Positions 48,296 through 61,707 of a DNA stretch of 64,000 bases are shown in pieces. The position numbers and the translations under genes were made by a program. The first letter of the stretch is position 1. Each line of letters begins with the position of its first letter. The notes under the pieces were generated by a model. It did not search any database. It worked only from the letters and a program-made list of their open reading frames with translations, and was not told the DNA's origin. Origin of the DNA: Pristiophorus japonicus (Eukaryota); contig NC_091999.1 of NCBI RefSeq assembly GCF_044704955.1, positions 23,250,001 to 23,314,000 of the forward strand, written 5' to 3'.

Positions 48296-49183
48296 TGAAC
48301 TTAGTGACAATAATGATCCTGTCTCGACGAAGGTGCGGTCTCTCCAAGTGTGTCAGCCGTTACCTGGTGGCAATGGCAGCGGTGGATCTACTGGTCGTTA
48401 TCCTCGACCTGATATCCAGGCAGATTCCTATTGGTTATTCAACCGCTTTTGAGTTCATGTGGGCCATTAAAGTGTGTAATATCCATGCCATCCTGCTTTA
48501 CGCAGTCACAGACTGTTCCGTCTGGTTCACAGTTGATTTTACCTTTGATCGATGTATAGCCATTTGTTGTCAGAAGCTCAAACCCAAATATTGCACCGAG
48601 AAAACGGTGACTGGGGTTGTGGGAGCAGTGAGTGCGCTGTTCTGTGCACAGAACACTTTCTGGTAGTTTATGTTTGGAGGTATGTATCAGATTTCCAATA
48701 ATCCCTGGTTTTGTTTTGTTATATGGGATGTCTATGCGTCACTAGCATGGGCAGTAATTGAATTCCTTCATTATATTATTACACCGTTTTTCCATTTGTT
48801 CTGATTCTTCTGCTCAATGCTTTAGCTGTCAAACACTTTTAGTATCGAGCAGAGCTCGTAGGCGACTCCGGGCCCACATTAGTGGGGAGGGTCCCAGTGA
48901 CCCAGAGATGGAGATGCGAAGGAAATCCATCATTTTACTCTTTGTTATATCCGGCAATTTTATCCTCTTGTGGGCAGTGTTTCTGTGCTCTTCTGTGGTT
49001 AATCGATTGTATTCGTTAAAATTTCTTTCTGCATATCTACCTGATTATATACAAGAATTGGGATTTATGCTTCAGCTCCTGAGTTGATGCATCAACACAT
49101 GTATTTATGCTGTGAAATTCAGAGAGGAGTTGAAGAATGTGGTGAAATATCCCTTTACTGTAATTTTTAAATGTATTAATTAA
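48296..49183 (+). pseudogene. GPR139/GPR142-like class A GPCR pseudogene, main exon
   Basis: Polypyrimidine plus AG acceptor at 48295. NLVTIMILSRRRCGLSKCVSRYLVAMAAVDLL, SVWFTVDFTFDRCIAICCQKLK, RRKSIILLF. Stops at 48664 and 49085 and a frameshift near 48790. Confidence 0.85.
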
Positions 49184-50289
49184 TAAGAATCACACAATGT
49201 GTTGGGCGGGTGTTCTGCTCAATCCGCTCATCTCTGTGATACACACACAGTGAGGCCTGTTTTCATCTTTCACCGCCCGGATTCAGCGACTAACAGAAAT
49301 GATAGAGGTGGGGAAGTCCACGGGGATCAGTACAGCTGGGCCCCTGCAGGTTTTAACGCCGCTATGACCTCTGGTGCGGCCTGGGACAGGTTTATAAAGC
49401 TCCCAACCGCCAGGCTCGGGTCTGATGTGGTTACCCAAAGGCGTGGGGAATGTGTCTCTGTTACTGTACCGTCCACGGGCGGAAGGGCCGCTCAGTCCCA
49501 GCACTCCCAGGGAAACCACGGTGGAAATGGCCTGGGACCAAACAACAGCCAGGGAGGGAGGCTTTCAAAGGCTCAAAGCTCAGTGCTTTCAGCCTTTTAC
49601 AGGCTCCTTATGTTTTTCTCCCAGTGGGGTTTAACCTGAGCAGCCCCAGCGCCTGCTGATAGCGACGAATCCTTCTTTCAGATAATCTACCTTTGGGATT
49701 AAAGGGTCTCCTGCAGACGGAGTATGTCCCAGTGACATTCACCACTGTAACGTTCCTTTGTAAATCTGCCTGAACAATGCAGTGATCTGCAGGATGAAGT
49801 GATGCCCGCAAATTGAACTCAGCTCCTCCTCACTCTCTGTAAATTCTCCTTGCTAAACATAGCCCATAATATACAGTGTTCAAAGAGGGTGGAAACGAGT
49901 TTGTTGCTAGGTATTGCTGTACCTGTGAAGTAATACAGCGGTGAAACCCCCATGACACTGTGCCTGAGCATTGTGACATCACAGACCTGCCCTTCTGACC
50001 AAGCCCTGGTCTGTTGTTGACCCACAATCGGATTTTAGACATCCCTTCTCCTTCACCCATCACCTTACATAGAGTTACATAACGTCTGCAACATAGAAAG
50101 AGGTCATTTGGTGGCCACCGCTGCACGTTGGTCTGAGCCTGTTTCTTGTGGTTTCCCTGGGGGCTCGTGGAGTCAGCAGCCCGACTGCCTGTAGACGGCA
50201 AATTTACAGAGCGACCTTCCCCACCCCGTCCCCTTTCGGCCCAGCACACCATGCCAGAGTTTACTGTATCACCACATCCTGATCTTAAA

Positions 50290-51870
50290 CGGAGGGCACA
50301 AAGAGAGTGTTAAACTTGGGAATGGGGAGAGAGTGGGATTCAATGGTAAGTCGTGGGTGAGTCTGGCTGAGTATTAGCTGTAAGAAGGGAAATTTAGTTT
50401 AAGGTTTTGAATTGAACTTAGAACTTTAACAAATGTAGTTAGCAGAAACTGCCTGTTAGTGGTAGTTAAATATCAGTCAGCTGTAAGTGTTAGTCCTCAA
50501 TATGTGCTAATTCCTGCGAGCAATGGGCATGGAGCTGAGACAAGTTGTGTGTGGCTCCAAAGGTAAGAATAAACACTAACTGCTGATGCACAATGTGTTC
50601 AGCACAGTGATATTAAACGGAATTTGGAGAGAATTGGAATGGGAACAGTGGTGGAAGGAGGTGCTGCTTTGGTCTCCAAAATACAGCAGGTAGATGAATG
50701 TTTGGTGAGTATTGCCTTTTTCTCGAAGCTTGGTCTAAACTAAGACCTGGGAGCAATAACAACACTTAATTAAAATAATAATTTAACTATATAACCTAAT
50801 TAATTAATAGAATTATAAATAACCGTTTGAATAAAAACTAACTATTTAAATTAATTCAGTGTGTAAATAAGCAAATACATTTTAAAAAAATAACTAAAGA
50901 TGGCAGGGTAGGCAATGAGTCAAGACTGCAGTGTGTGAGAGTTTGTGGACAGCAAATCTGTCCCGCATTTCCACATCTGCAGGAAATGTCTCTGCTTTAT
51001 TCTCTCTGGCTCAGGGTAATTGGGCTGGAGTGCGAGTTCGACACATTCTGAAACACACAGGAGAAGTGATTTCTGGATAGTTTAATCCAGAAAACATTCA
51101 CACCCCACAGAAAAGCGCAGGTTCAGGAAAGTCCGTGGCTGGATGGGTGCCATGTAGCGAGAACTGAGGAGAGGCTGAGAATGAGACACTGCTCCTGTCC
51201 AACAGGTAAGATATACTCGTTACCTTTAACGAGAAGGATACAGATTGAGTGGAGGACAGCCACAATACATACCAAGGTACGTGGCTCAGAAGGTTGTCCA
51301 CAGGCAGAGATAGGTAGAAATATTAAACAATTACTTTGCATCAGTATTTATCGGGGAGACAAAAAGGTGGACATGACATCGGATGATATTAGAAATGAAA
51401 TAACTGCATTTAATAAGAACAAAAGGAAAATATTATTTAAACTAATCAAACCGAAAAAGGATAAAATGCTTGCTTCGGACGAATTACATCTTGGGAAGAG
51501 ATAGCAGAGGCATTAATAAACATATTTAATATTTCATTAGAATAAGGTGCAGTGCCGGAGGATTGGCAGATACCTAATGTAATACCTATTTTTAAGAAGG
51601 GAGATGGAACGTGTCTGAGGAACTATAGCCCAGTCAACTTAACATCCTTGGTAGGAAAAATAATGGAATCCCTACTAAAGGAGAAAGTGGAAGAACAACT
51701 AGAAACCAAAAATGAATAGTCAGCATGGATTATAAAAGGGAAAGTCTTGAATTGACCACATTCTTTGAATTTTTCGAAGAAGTAACAGATAGCGTAAACT
51801 AACGTAATGTAGTAAATGTAATTTATCTAGATTTTCCAAAGGCCTTCGATAGGATACCCCATAATCGACT
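50290..51870 (+). mobile_element. Internally deleted CR1 (5' UTR, ORF1 zinc-finger remnant, RT fragment)
   Basis: ATG at ~50900 followed by a Cys-rich ...DCSV*EFVDS...HICRKC segment, then RT N-terminal motifs at 51440-51870 (NYSPVNLTS, YLDF). Confidence 0.7.
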
Positions 51871-51874
51871 GAAA

Positions 51875-54310
51875 GGGCAGATCACAAATCGTAATTACAA
51901 TTAATAATAATAATTGGGATGTTTTGAAATGGAGTTAACAGATTTTTAAATGGATTCCACAACCTGATTATCAGACTGTTAAAAGCATGTGTGGGAAGCC
52001 TTCCGCACAGTGTCAGATGTTCCAATTCATAGACCAAAGGCCTTGGGAGCTGGGCACAGACACAGATAACATAGGATTTGAATTCTATAACAAAATACAA
52101 GTTAAATAAAAAGAATCATAACAACATGTATCCTGAATTACCAATTAAACATATAGAGGCCAGATTGGAGGAAGCAACCTACCAGATAATCATGTATTTA
52201 TTAATCAGCACGTATTAATTGTAACTTGCATAATTATGTAATGCTATAATCTGAAACTGTATAAAATAAGATGTCTCTGGCAGTTTCTCTGAGCATTCCT
52301 TCAAGGATAGCTCCCCTGTTGGCTTGTATCTTTTATTAATAAAAATTGCATTTACTTTAAGGCTAACGGACTCCGAGTGGTGATTTGAAGTTAACCCTAA
52401 CAACTTGACGCAGTCAGCAGGATCTAGTGGACGGGCAGATTAGACTCAAAAAGCCCACCAACCTAACAACGAATGAGTAGAGAATTACCTTGAGGAATTC
52501 TCCTCGCAAAGTAACCAGATCCAACGAATCTGAAGCAGAGTCTGTGCAGCCAGTAAATCCAGTTGAGGGGTGCGTCAGGACAAAATAAGTAAATACATGT
52601 GTCGGGAGAATAAGTACGTATACGGGATATCGGGGTAAAAGCCTCGGTGTAAATGGTTCCGCTTAAGTAAAGATGTTAAAACAGGAACTGGGGAAAAAGC
52701 CCCTGTGTAAGAAATGGCAAAGGAATCTTCTAAGGCATTTGGAGGGGTGATGTATAAACCACCAGAAGAGTTTCTGAGAGATAAATCTGAAAAGCTTAAG
52801 AAGATGGTTAAGGCAGGATATGATGAAGCGAAAAAGAGCAGTTTAACAGCCGGAAAGATGAATAGAAAGATACCCGAAGGTGAGATGGACAGAAAAAGTG
52901 ACAAAAGACAAGAGGATGTAAGTATAAAAATAGATATAGATGACAGAAGGGAATGGACAGAGGAATTTGCCCCAAATTTGTATCCCCACACTAACAGGGT
53001 TATGATTAGGAGCAGAGGAAAATAAAGGATTCATTGGGGCCAGAAGACTAGCTTAGTAGATATTTTTCCGAAGACCATAATAAAAACTGTTACTGACTAC
53101 CTTAAGTGAAGTATTGATCCGAAATTAGAGCCGGCCAAACAATAAGCTTTGTTGAATGAAGAGAGAACTTTGTGAATGTCTGTCTTTGAATGAAAGTGAT
53201 TGAGTGATTTTTGACTGCGGAATATTTGAGGTGGGAATTAATGAATTTTTCATGTGTCTGAAAGCCTGCTTCAGAAAGTGGTGGAGCTGTCTGTTGTTTT
53301 GGCTCCACCCACTTTTTCAGACAGAGTGAAAGTTTTTTTTAACCCTGTGCAGTGTTGTCCTGTATGAGGGAAGTTTTAAGAAAGTATGAACCTAGAATTG
53401 AATTACATTTTAATTTAGAAACCCACTTGTGTATTTATTCGGAAGATATGTTCTGGAGCTCGGAAATGCACAAAGGACAGATTTGTCAAGCAAAAGATAA
53501 AAAATGCATGTTGGTTTAAAAAAAAATTACTGGGGAAGTACGCCCCATATTCCTTTGTGTAAACACTTGATGAAAAAGCTTCTAGCTCAGTAAAAATATT
53601 TTTAAATAAATTGTGTAAATAATGTTACCTGAATATTGTAAACCAGGGGAATAAACCTTGGGAAATTGCGTGGTAGTTAAACCTGGAACAGAAGTAATGT
53701 TGTTATTTGACAATGTCCAGCATGAAATGTGACCTGTGAGCATAAATTGAACAGCCAGAAAAAATTAGCCACAAGACGAAAGCATTGTAAACATGATTGC
53801 TAGACCCAATCCTGAGAATAGCTAGTGACACATCAGGAGCAAGGGAGTAACACAAGCAGCTGAGACACAAAGAAGGAAGAAAGAGGAGATCTATAGCAAA
53901 TGACGTATTAACTGTACAGGGACATCTCTAGTAGGTGCACCAGATATACAGGTGATCCAGGCAAGTGTAGATAGTTTGAGGGGAACAACGGATTTACTAA
54001 TCAGGAAACAGACCAGGATTGGGATAGAATCTTCACAGTTAGGATCCAAAACATCCAAAAAAATGCTACAGGGTGTATCCGTATTGGAAGGCCATGCACG
54101 AACAATTAACGAGCTAAATAAGCAGGAATTGAGAGGACGATGCCGAGGACAGGAAAAGAGACACATGTCATGCCTATGGGAGGTGGATGATTGGTCAGGT
54201 GAGACACAATGTGGATCAGATACAAACCGGGCAAGTTACAGATTCAATAAATAGCACCCAGTTAAAAGAAATGGCACAGCACACTGGGCCATTAGATGCA
54301 TGCACCCTGA
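51875..54310 (+). mobile_element. ERV-C remnant: LTR, tRNA-Ser PBS, leader/gag-like region and env fragment, no pol
   Basis: TATAAAA ~52260, AATAAA ~52338, LTR end CCCTAACA at 52402, PBS TGACGCAGTCAGCAGGAT at 52406-52423. Env RKRR|SIANDVLT ~53878 and CHAYGRWMIGQVRHNVDQIQTGQV. Confidence 0.75.
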
Positions 54311-57300
54311 AACATAGAAACATAGAAACATCGAAAAAGTTTGCAAGAATAGACCATTCGCCCCTTCAAGCCTGCACCAACATTCAATAAGATCATGGCT
54401 GATCATTCACCTCAGTACCCCTTGACAGCTTTCGCACCACACCCCTTGATCCCATTAACTTAACGGCCATATCCAACTCCCTCTTGAATATATCTAATGA
54501 ACTGGCATCAACAACGTTCTGCGGAAGAGAATTCCACATGTTAACAACTCTCTGAGTGAAGAAGTTTCTCCTCATCTCGGTCCTAAATGGCTTATCCCTT
54601 GTCCTCAGACTATGACCACTGGTTCTGGACTTCCCCAACATCGGGAACATTCTTCGTGCATCTAACCTGCCCAGTCCCGTCAGAATGTTTCTGAGGTCCC
54701 CTCTCATTCTTCTAAACACCAGTGAATACAGACCCAGTCGATCCTATCTCTCCTCATATGTCAGTCCTCCCATCCCGGAAATCAGTCTGGTGAACCTTTG
54801 CTGCACTCCCTCAATAGCATGAACGTCCTTCCTCAGATTAGAACAAAACTGAACACAGTATTCCAGGTGAGGTTTCACCAAGGCCCAGTACAGCTGCTCT
54901 ATTAAAATCCCCAAGATATGGGGCCAACATGCTATTTGCCTTCTTTCTGTCTCCTGCACCTGCATGACAACCTTCAATGACTGATGTACCATGACACCCG
55001 GATCTCGTTGCACTTCCCCTTTTCCTCTTCTGCCGCCATTCAAATAATATTCTGCCTTCGTGTTTCTGCCACCAAAGTGCATAACCTCACATCTATCCAC
55101 ATTACACTACATCTGCCATGCAATTGCCCACTCACCTAACCTGTCCAAATCACCCTGCAGCCTCTTAGCATCCTCCTCACATTTCACACCGCCATCCAGC
55201 ATATTGTCATCTGCAAACTTGGAGATATTATTCAAAATTCCTTCATCTAAATCATTGATGTATATTGTAAATTGCTGGCGTCCCAGCACTGAGCCCTGCG
55301 GCACCCAACTAGTCACTGCCTGCCATTATGAAAATAACCCGTTTATCCCGACTCTCCACTTCCTGTCTGCCAATGAGTTCTCTATCCACGTCAATACATT
55401 ACCCCCAATACCATGTGCTTTAATTTTGCACACCAACCTCTTGTGTGGGACCTTGTCAAAAGTATTTTGAAAGTCCCACTACACCATATCCACTGGTTCT
55501 CGTTTGTCGACTCTACTAGTTACATCCTCACACAATTCTAGAAGATTTGTCAAGCTTGATTTTCCATTCATAAATCCATGCTGACTTGGACCAATCCTGT
55601 CACTGCTTTCCAAATGGGCTGCTATTTCATCTTTATAAATTAATTACGACATTTTCCCCACCACTGATGTCAGGCTAACTGGTCTATAATTACCCGTTTT
55701 CTCTCTCCCTCCTTTTTCAAAATGTGCTGTTAGATTAGCTACCCTCCAGTCCATACAAACTGATGGAGAATCGATGGACTGTTGGAAAATAATCACCAAT
55801 GCATCCACTATTTCTAGGGCCACTTCCTTAAGTACTCTGGGATGCAGACCATCAGGCCCCGGGGATTTATTGGCCTTTAGTCCCATCAATTTCCCTAACA
55901 CAATTTCGCACAAATAAGGATTTTCTTCAGTTCCTCCTTCTCACTAGCCCCTCGGTCACGTACCATTTCCAAAAGATTATGCGCGTCTTCCTTCGTGAAG
56001 GCAGAACCAAAGTATTTGTTCAACTGGTCTACCATTTCTTTGTTCCCTATTATAAATTCACCTGAATCTGACTGCAAGGGACCTACGTTTGCCTTCACTA
56101 CTCTTTTTCTCTTCAAATATTTATAGAAGTGTTTATGTTCCCAGCAAGCTTCCTCTCATACTCTATTTTCCCCCTCCTAATTAAACCCTTTGTCCTCCTC
56201 TGCTGAATTCTAAATTTCTCCCCGTCCTCGGGTTGATGCTTTTTCTGACCAATTTATATGCCTCTTCCTTGGATTTAACGCTATCCTTAATTTACCTTGT
56301 TAGCCACGGTTGAGCCACCTTTCCCATTTTATTTTTACTCCAGACAGGGATGTCCAATTGTTGAAGTTCATCCATGTGATCTTTATATGTTTTCCATTGC
56401 CTATCTGCCGTCAACCCTTTATGTATCATTTCCCAGTCTATGCTAGCCAATTCATGTCTCATACCATCGAAGTTACCTTTGCTTAAGTTCACGACCCCAG
56501 TCTCAGAATTAATTGTTTCACTCTCCACCTTAACAAAGAATTCTACCTTATTGTGGTTACTCTTCCCCAAGGGGCCTCGCACAACAAGATTGCTAATTAG
56601 TCCTTTCTCATTACACATCAAGCAGTCGAGGATGGCCAGCCCTCTAGATGGTCCCTCGACATATTGGTCGAGAAAACCATCCCTAATACACTCCAGAAAA
56701 TCCTTCTCCACCGTATTACTACCAGTTTGGTTAGCCCAATCTATGTGTAGATTAAAGTCGCCCATGATAACTGATGTCCCTTTATTGCACACATCCCTAC
56801 TTTCTTGTTGGATGCTGTCAGCAAACTCACTACGATTGTTTGGTGGTACACAACGCCCACTAGCGTTTTTTTCCCTTTGATATTCCACAGATCCACCCAC
56901 GTGGAATCCACACGAATGTCCTTCCTGACTATTGCATTAATTTCCTCTTCAACCAGCAATGCCACCCACCTCCTTTTCCTTTGTGTCTATCCTTCCTGAC
57001 TGCTGAATACCCCTGGATGTTGCGTTCCCGGCCTTCGTCAACCTGGAGCCATTTCTCCATGATGCCAATTGCATCATATTCATTAATTGCTGCCTGTGCA
57101 GTTAATTTGTCCACCTTATTCCGAATACTCCTCGCATTGAGGCACAGTGCCTTCAGGCTTGTTATCTTAACACACCTTGTCCCTTAGAAGTTTGCTGCAA
57201 TATGGCCCTTTTTGATTTTTTACTTTGGGTTTATCTGCCCTCCACCCTTACTTTTCTGCCCCCAAAGGTTCCCATCCCGCTGCCATATCAGTTTAACCCC

Positions 57301-57565
57301 TCCCCAACAACATGAGCAAACTCTCCCTCGTGGACATTGGTTCTGCTGAGGTGCAGACCGTCCGGTTTGCACAGGTCCCAGCTCCCACAGAACGGTTCCA
57401 ATGTCCCAAGAAATTGAATCCCTCCCTTCTGCAAAACACAGTCATCTGAACTATCCTGCGATTCCTACTCTGAAAAGTGGTAGCTCTCCCTGAGATTGCT
57501 ACCTTTGAGGTCCGATTTTTTAATTCAGCTCCCAGCTCCCGAAATTCAGCTTCTAATTCCTCAGA
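54310..57565 (-). mobile_element. CR1 LINE (subfamily 3), decayed, with an ORF1 esterase remnant
   Basis: (TTTCTATG)n tail at ~54310-54331, RT, EN (GDFN) and an SGNH-esterase-like ORF1 piece 57293-57568 (EFRELGAELK...CRREGFNFLGHW). Confidence 0.93.
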
Positions 57566-57746
57566 CACAGAGAGTCAGACTCAAACACATAAAGAGCACT
57601 CTAAAGACAGAGAGTGAGAGGCACAGATATATTGCACAATTCCATTTGTTTGAATGTTACAAAGTTAACGACAAATGCAGATTCAACAGAATAGATTTTG
57701 GTATAACTGAGCAGGATGGCAGGAAATCGGTTTGAATTTAAAGATT

Positions 57747-57829
57747 TACCAGGAGTGGGGTTCGAACCCATGCAGGTATAAACCCTTTGGATTTTCCGTC
57801 CAACGCCTTAACAACTCGGCCATCCTGGT
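57747..57829 (-). tRNA. tRNA-Leu(TAA)-derived pseudogene, anticodon loop mutated (CGGAAAA)
   Basis: ACCAGGATGGCCGAGTTGTTAAGGCGTTGGA...GGGTTCGAACCCCACTCCTGGTA matches the vertebrate tRNA-Leu(TAA) body. Confidence 0.85.
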
Positions 57830-57914
57830 TTTGTCAGTATTCGGATTTTGTCTTTGTGAGAATCTGGGCTGCAGCTCCACTCTCACAGACACAGGTTTTC
57901 AATGAGCATTTTCG

Positions 57915-58170
57915 AATATTTATAGTAATATTGACACAGGGGCAACTCTCCTGTTCTTTTTCGAGTAATGCTCTGGGAACTTTCACATCCACCCGAGGGT
58001 GCAGACAGAGCTTCAATTTAACATTTTATCCGAAAGTCAACAGCTTCAACAATGCAAAATCCCCCAAGTACTGCATTTGAATGTCAGCCAAGATTATATG
58101 TTCAAGTCTCAGGAGTGGGACTTACACACACAACCTCCTTATTCAGTCGAGAATGCTGCCACTGAACCAA
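57915..58170 (-). mobile_element. DeuSINE/SacSINE1-like tRNA-headed SINE (partial copies at ~60905-61000 and ~62320-62470)
   Basis: Minus strand head GGTTCAGTGGCAGCATTCTCG...AAGTCCCACTCCTGAGACTTGA, then Deu-domain-like CTTTCGGATAAAATGTTAAA...CTCGGGTGGATGTGAAAG. Confidence 0.7.
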
Positions 58171-58268
58171 AGCCGATACCAAAGTTCACATCCGTATTAT
58201 TTTCCCCAAGTCTTTTTATAAAGTTTCAGGACATACAGAAGTAATATTCAACATTTTAAAAAAGCTTC

Positions 58269-58340
58269 ATTGTCGTCGGGGAATTGAACGCCTACCTCGC
58301 GCGTGACAGAGAGAGATATTAACTAAGACACGAATGAGGA
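58269..58340 (-). pseudogene. Degenerate tRNA-Asp(GTC)
   Basis: Retains CTGTCACGCG and GTTCAATTCCCCGACG; the A box and acceptor stem have decayed. Confidence 0.75.
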
Positions 58341-59099
58341 GCTGACGGGTGTGGATTCTGTCAGTGCAGGAATCGAGCTGAGAACAGAAATGGACACCAT
58401 GAGAAGTAGACAGACACATTGAGAGACAGAGACAAACCGACAAACAGGGAGAGACAGACAGCGAGATAGAGACAACGTGAGACAGAAAGTGTGAGACTGA
58501 GAAGGAGAGGCAGACTGAGTGAGAAAAAGACACAAACACACACACATACAGATATAAAGAGAGAGAGGGAAACAGTGAGAGAAAGACAGTGATAAAGACA
58601 GTAACAAGGAGAGAGACAGATGAAGAGTGAGCGACAGATAGAGAGATATAGAGAGATATAAACAGAAAATGATGGAAATACTCAGCAGGTTAGAGACAGG
58701 AACTAACAGAGACAGGCAAATAGAGACAGACAGGTCGAGACATAGACAGACAGAGATGATGGGAATGAGAGAGACAGTCAGACAGAGAGACTGAGAGAAT
58801 CCCACTGGAACAGAACTGGACATCGTGAGAAAGAGACAGACACGTTGAGAGACAGACAAAGAGGGAAACAGGGAGAGACAGACAGCGAGATAGAGGCAAA
58901 GAGAGACAGAATGTTTGAGATTGAGAGGGAGGGTCAGTCTGAATGAGAAAACGACTCAAACACATACATACACAGAGATGTGTTTGTGTGCTCCATAAAG
59001 AGAAGGAGGCAAATATGATGCAATGACAGAGACAAAGCCAGGGACAATGAAAGAAACAAAGAGGGAGACAGATAGAGAGAAAGACAGATAGAGACAATA

Positions 59100-60826
59100 A
59101 TTCGGTTCTGTCTTTACAAAGGAAGATACAAAAAACCTTCCGAATGTACGAGGGGACTGTGCATCTCGTGAGAATGAGGAACTGAAAGATATCCTTATTG
59201 GCGGGAAATTGTGTTGGAGAAATTGTTGGGATTAAAAGCCGATAAATCCCCGGCTCCTGATAGTCTGCATCCCAGAGAACTTAAGGAAGTGGCCCTAGAA
59301 ATAGTGGATGCATTGTTGATCATTTTCCAACAATCTATCGACTCTGGATCAGTTCCTATGGACTGGAGGGTAGCTAATGTGATGGCACTTTTTAAAAAAG
59401 GAGGGAGAGAGAAAGCAGCTAATTATAGACCAGTTAGCCTGGCATCAGTCGTGGGGAAAATATTGGAATCAATCATTAAGGATGAAATACAACCCATTTG
59501 GAAAGCAGTGACAGGATCGGACCGAGTCAGCATGGATTTATGAAAGTGAAATCACGCTTGACGAATCTTCTGGAATTTTTTGAGGATGTAATGAGTAGAG
59601 TGGACAAGGGAGAACCAGTGGATGTGGTGTATTTGGACTTTCAATAGGCTTTTGACAAGGTCCCGCACTAGAGATTGGTGCACAAAATCATAGCGCATGG
59701 TATTGGGATTAATGTACTGACATGGATAAAGAACTGGTTGGCAGACAGGATGCAGAGAATCGGGATAAACGGGTCCTTTTCAAACTGGCAGGAAGTGACT
59801 AGTGGGGTGCCGCAGGGCTCAGTGCTGGGACTCCAGCTCTTTACAATATACATGAACGATTTGGTTGAAGGAATAGAGTGTAATATCTCCAAGTTTGCGG
59901 ATGACACTAAACTGGGTGGCGGTCCGAGCTGTGAAGAGGATGCTAAGAGGCTGCAGGGTGAATTGGACAGATTAGGTGAGTGGGCAAATGCATGGCAGAT
60001 GCTGTATAATGTGGATAAATGTGAGGTTATCCATTTTGGGGGCAACAACACGAAGGCAGAATATTATCTAAATGGCGGAAAACTAGAAATAGGGGAGGTG
60101 CAGTGAGACCTTGGTGTTATGGTTCATCAGTCACTGAAAGTGGGCATGCAGGTACAGCAGCCGGAAAAGAAGGCAAATGGTATGTTGGCCTTCGTAGCTA
60201 GAGGATTTGAATATAGGAGCCAGGAGATCTTACTGCAGTTGTACAAGGCCTTAGTGAGGACACACCTGGAATATTGTGTTCAGTTTTGGTCTCCTAGTCT
60301 GAGGAAGGACGTTCCTGCTGTTGAGGGAGTGCAGCGAAGGTTCACCAGACTGATTCCAGGGATGGCAGGACTGTCATATGAGGAGAGATTGGATCAACTA
60401 GGCCTTTAATCACTGGCGTTTAGAATGATGAGAGGGGATCTCATAGAATCATATAAGATTCTGACGGGAATGCACAGGTTAGATTCGGGAAGAATGTTCT
60501 CGATGTTGGGGAAGCCAGAACCAGGGGACATAGTCTTAGGATAAGATGTAGGCCATTTAGCAGTGAGATGAGTAGAAACTTCTTCACTCAGAGAGTTGTT
60601 GACCGGTGGAATTCCCTGCCACAGAGAGTTGTTGAAGCCAGTTTATTGGATATATTCAAGAGAGAGTTAGATATGGTCCTTACGGTTAAGTGGATGAAGT
60701 GGGATGGAGAGGAAAACAGGAAAGGGTAACTGAAAGAATGATCAGCCATGATAATATTGAATGGCGGTGCAGGCTCGAAGGGCCTAATGGCCTACTCCTG
60801 CAGCTTTTTTCTATGTTTCTATGTTT
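59100..60826 (+). mobile_element. CR1 LINE (subfamily 3), 5'-truncated
   Basis: RT pieces 59211-60409 (KFADD), C-terminus and TTTCTATG tail at ~60808-60826. Confidence 0.95.
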
Positions 60827-61407
60827 CAAAAACAGAAAATGATGGAAACGCTCATCAGATTAGAGACAGGGACAAAATGAGACAGGCAAAAACACGGACA
60901 GGGAGTGCTGCACTTGAGTGTTTGCCAAGATGATAATGCTCAGAAGTGCGACTTGAACACACAAACTCCCGATTCAGTCGAGAATGCTGCCACTGAAACA
61001 AAGCCAATACAAAAGTTCACAACCTTATTATTTCCCCCAAGTCTGTTTTATAAGTTCCAGGACATACCAAATTCATGGTGATGATTTCCACAGACAGTTG
61101 CACATACACAGAGACATATATAGAGATAGACAGACACAGACACACACACACATAAACAAAAATTTGCACGCACCAACGGGCATGCACAGATGCCTTCGTC
61201 ATCTCGAGGGATAGACAGGCTGAATCACTCGCAACTTTGACTGATGCTTGCGATTTTTGAAACGGATCTATCGTGAATATTGCAGATTAATTAAAATGAG
61301 AAAAAAATGTCAGTGTTGAAAGCTGTGGGACGTTATTCCATCTATCTCAGGATCAGTTTGGCAGAGAACGGGTTAAATTGTGAAATGGAATGAAAAATAC
61401 TGAGAAT

Positions 61408-61488
61408 GGTAGTCGGCAGGATTCGAACCTGCGCGGGATAACCCAATGGACTTCCAGTCCATCGCCTTAACCACTCGGCCACGAGTCC
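61408..61488 (-). tRNA. tRNA-Ser(AGA)-derived copy, anticodon reads GGA, acceptor stem mismatched (probable pseudogene)
   Basis: GGACTCGTGGCCGAGTGGTTAAGGCGATGGACTGGAAGTCCATTGGG...GGTTCGAATCCTGCCGACTAC. Confidence 0.8.
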
Positions 61489-61707
61489 TGTGTTGCTGCG
61501 TTTTTTCACGTTACTCAGAAAAAACTCAGTCATCCATCTCTGTGCTGCAGACGGCCAAAGACTCCTGAAAAATTCTCCGTTTGCTAAAAATCTGGACGGG
61601 GCAATCTCCTCCACCTGTATTTTTACAGTTCGATATTGCTCTGGAACTTTTTAATATGAATCTCTTCCAAGAAACAGAAGTAAAATTATACGATTTGAAA
61701 TAACTGC

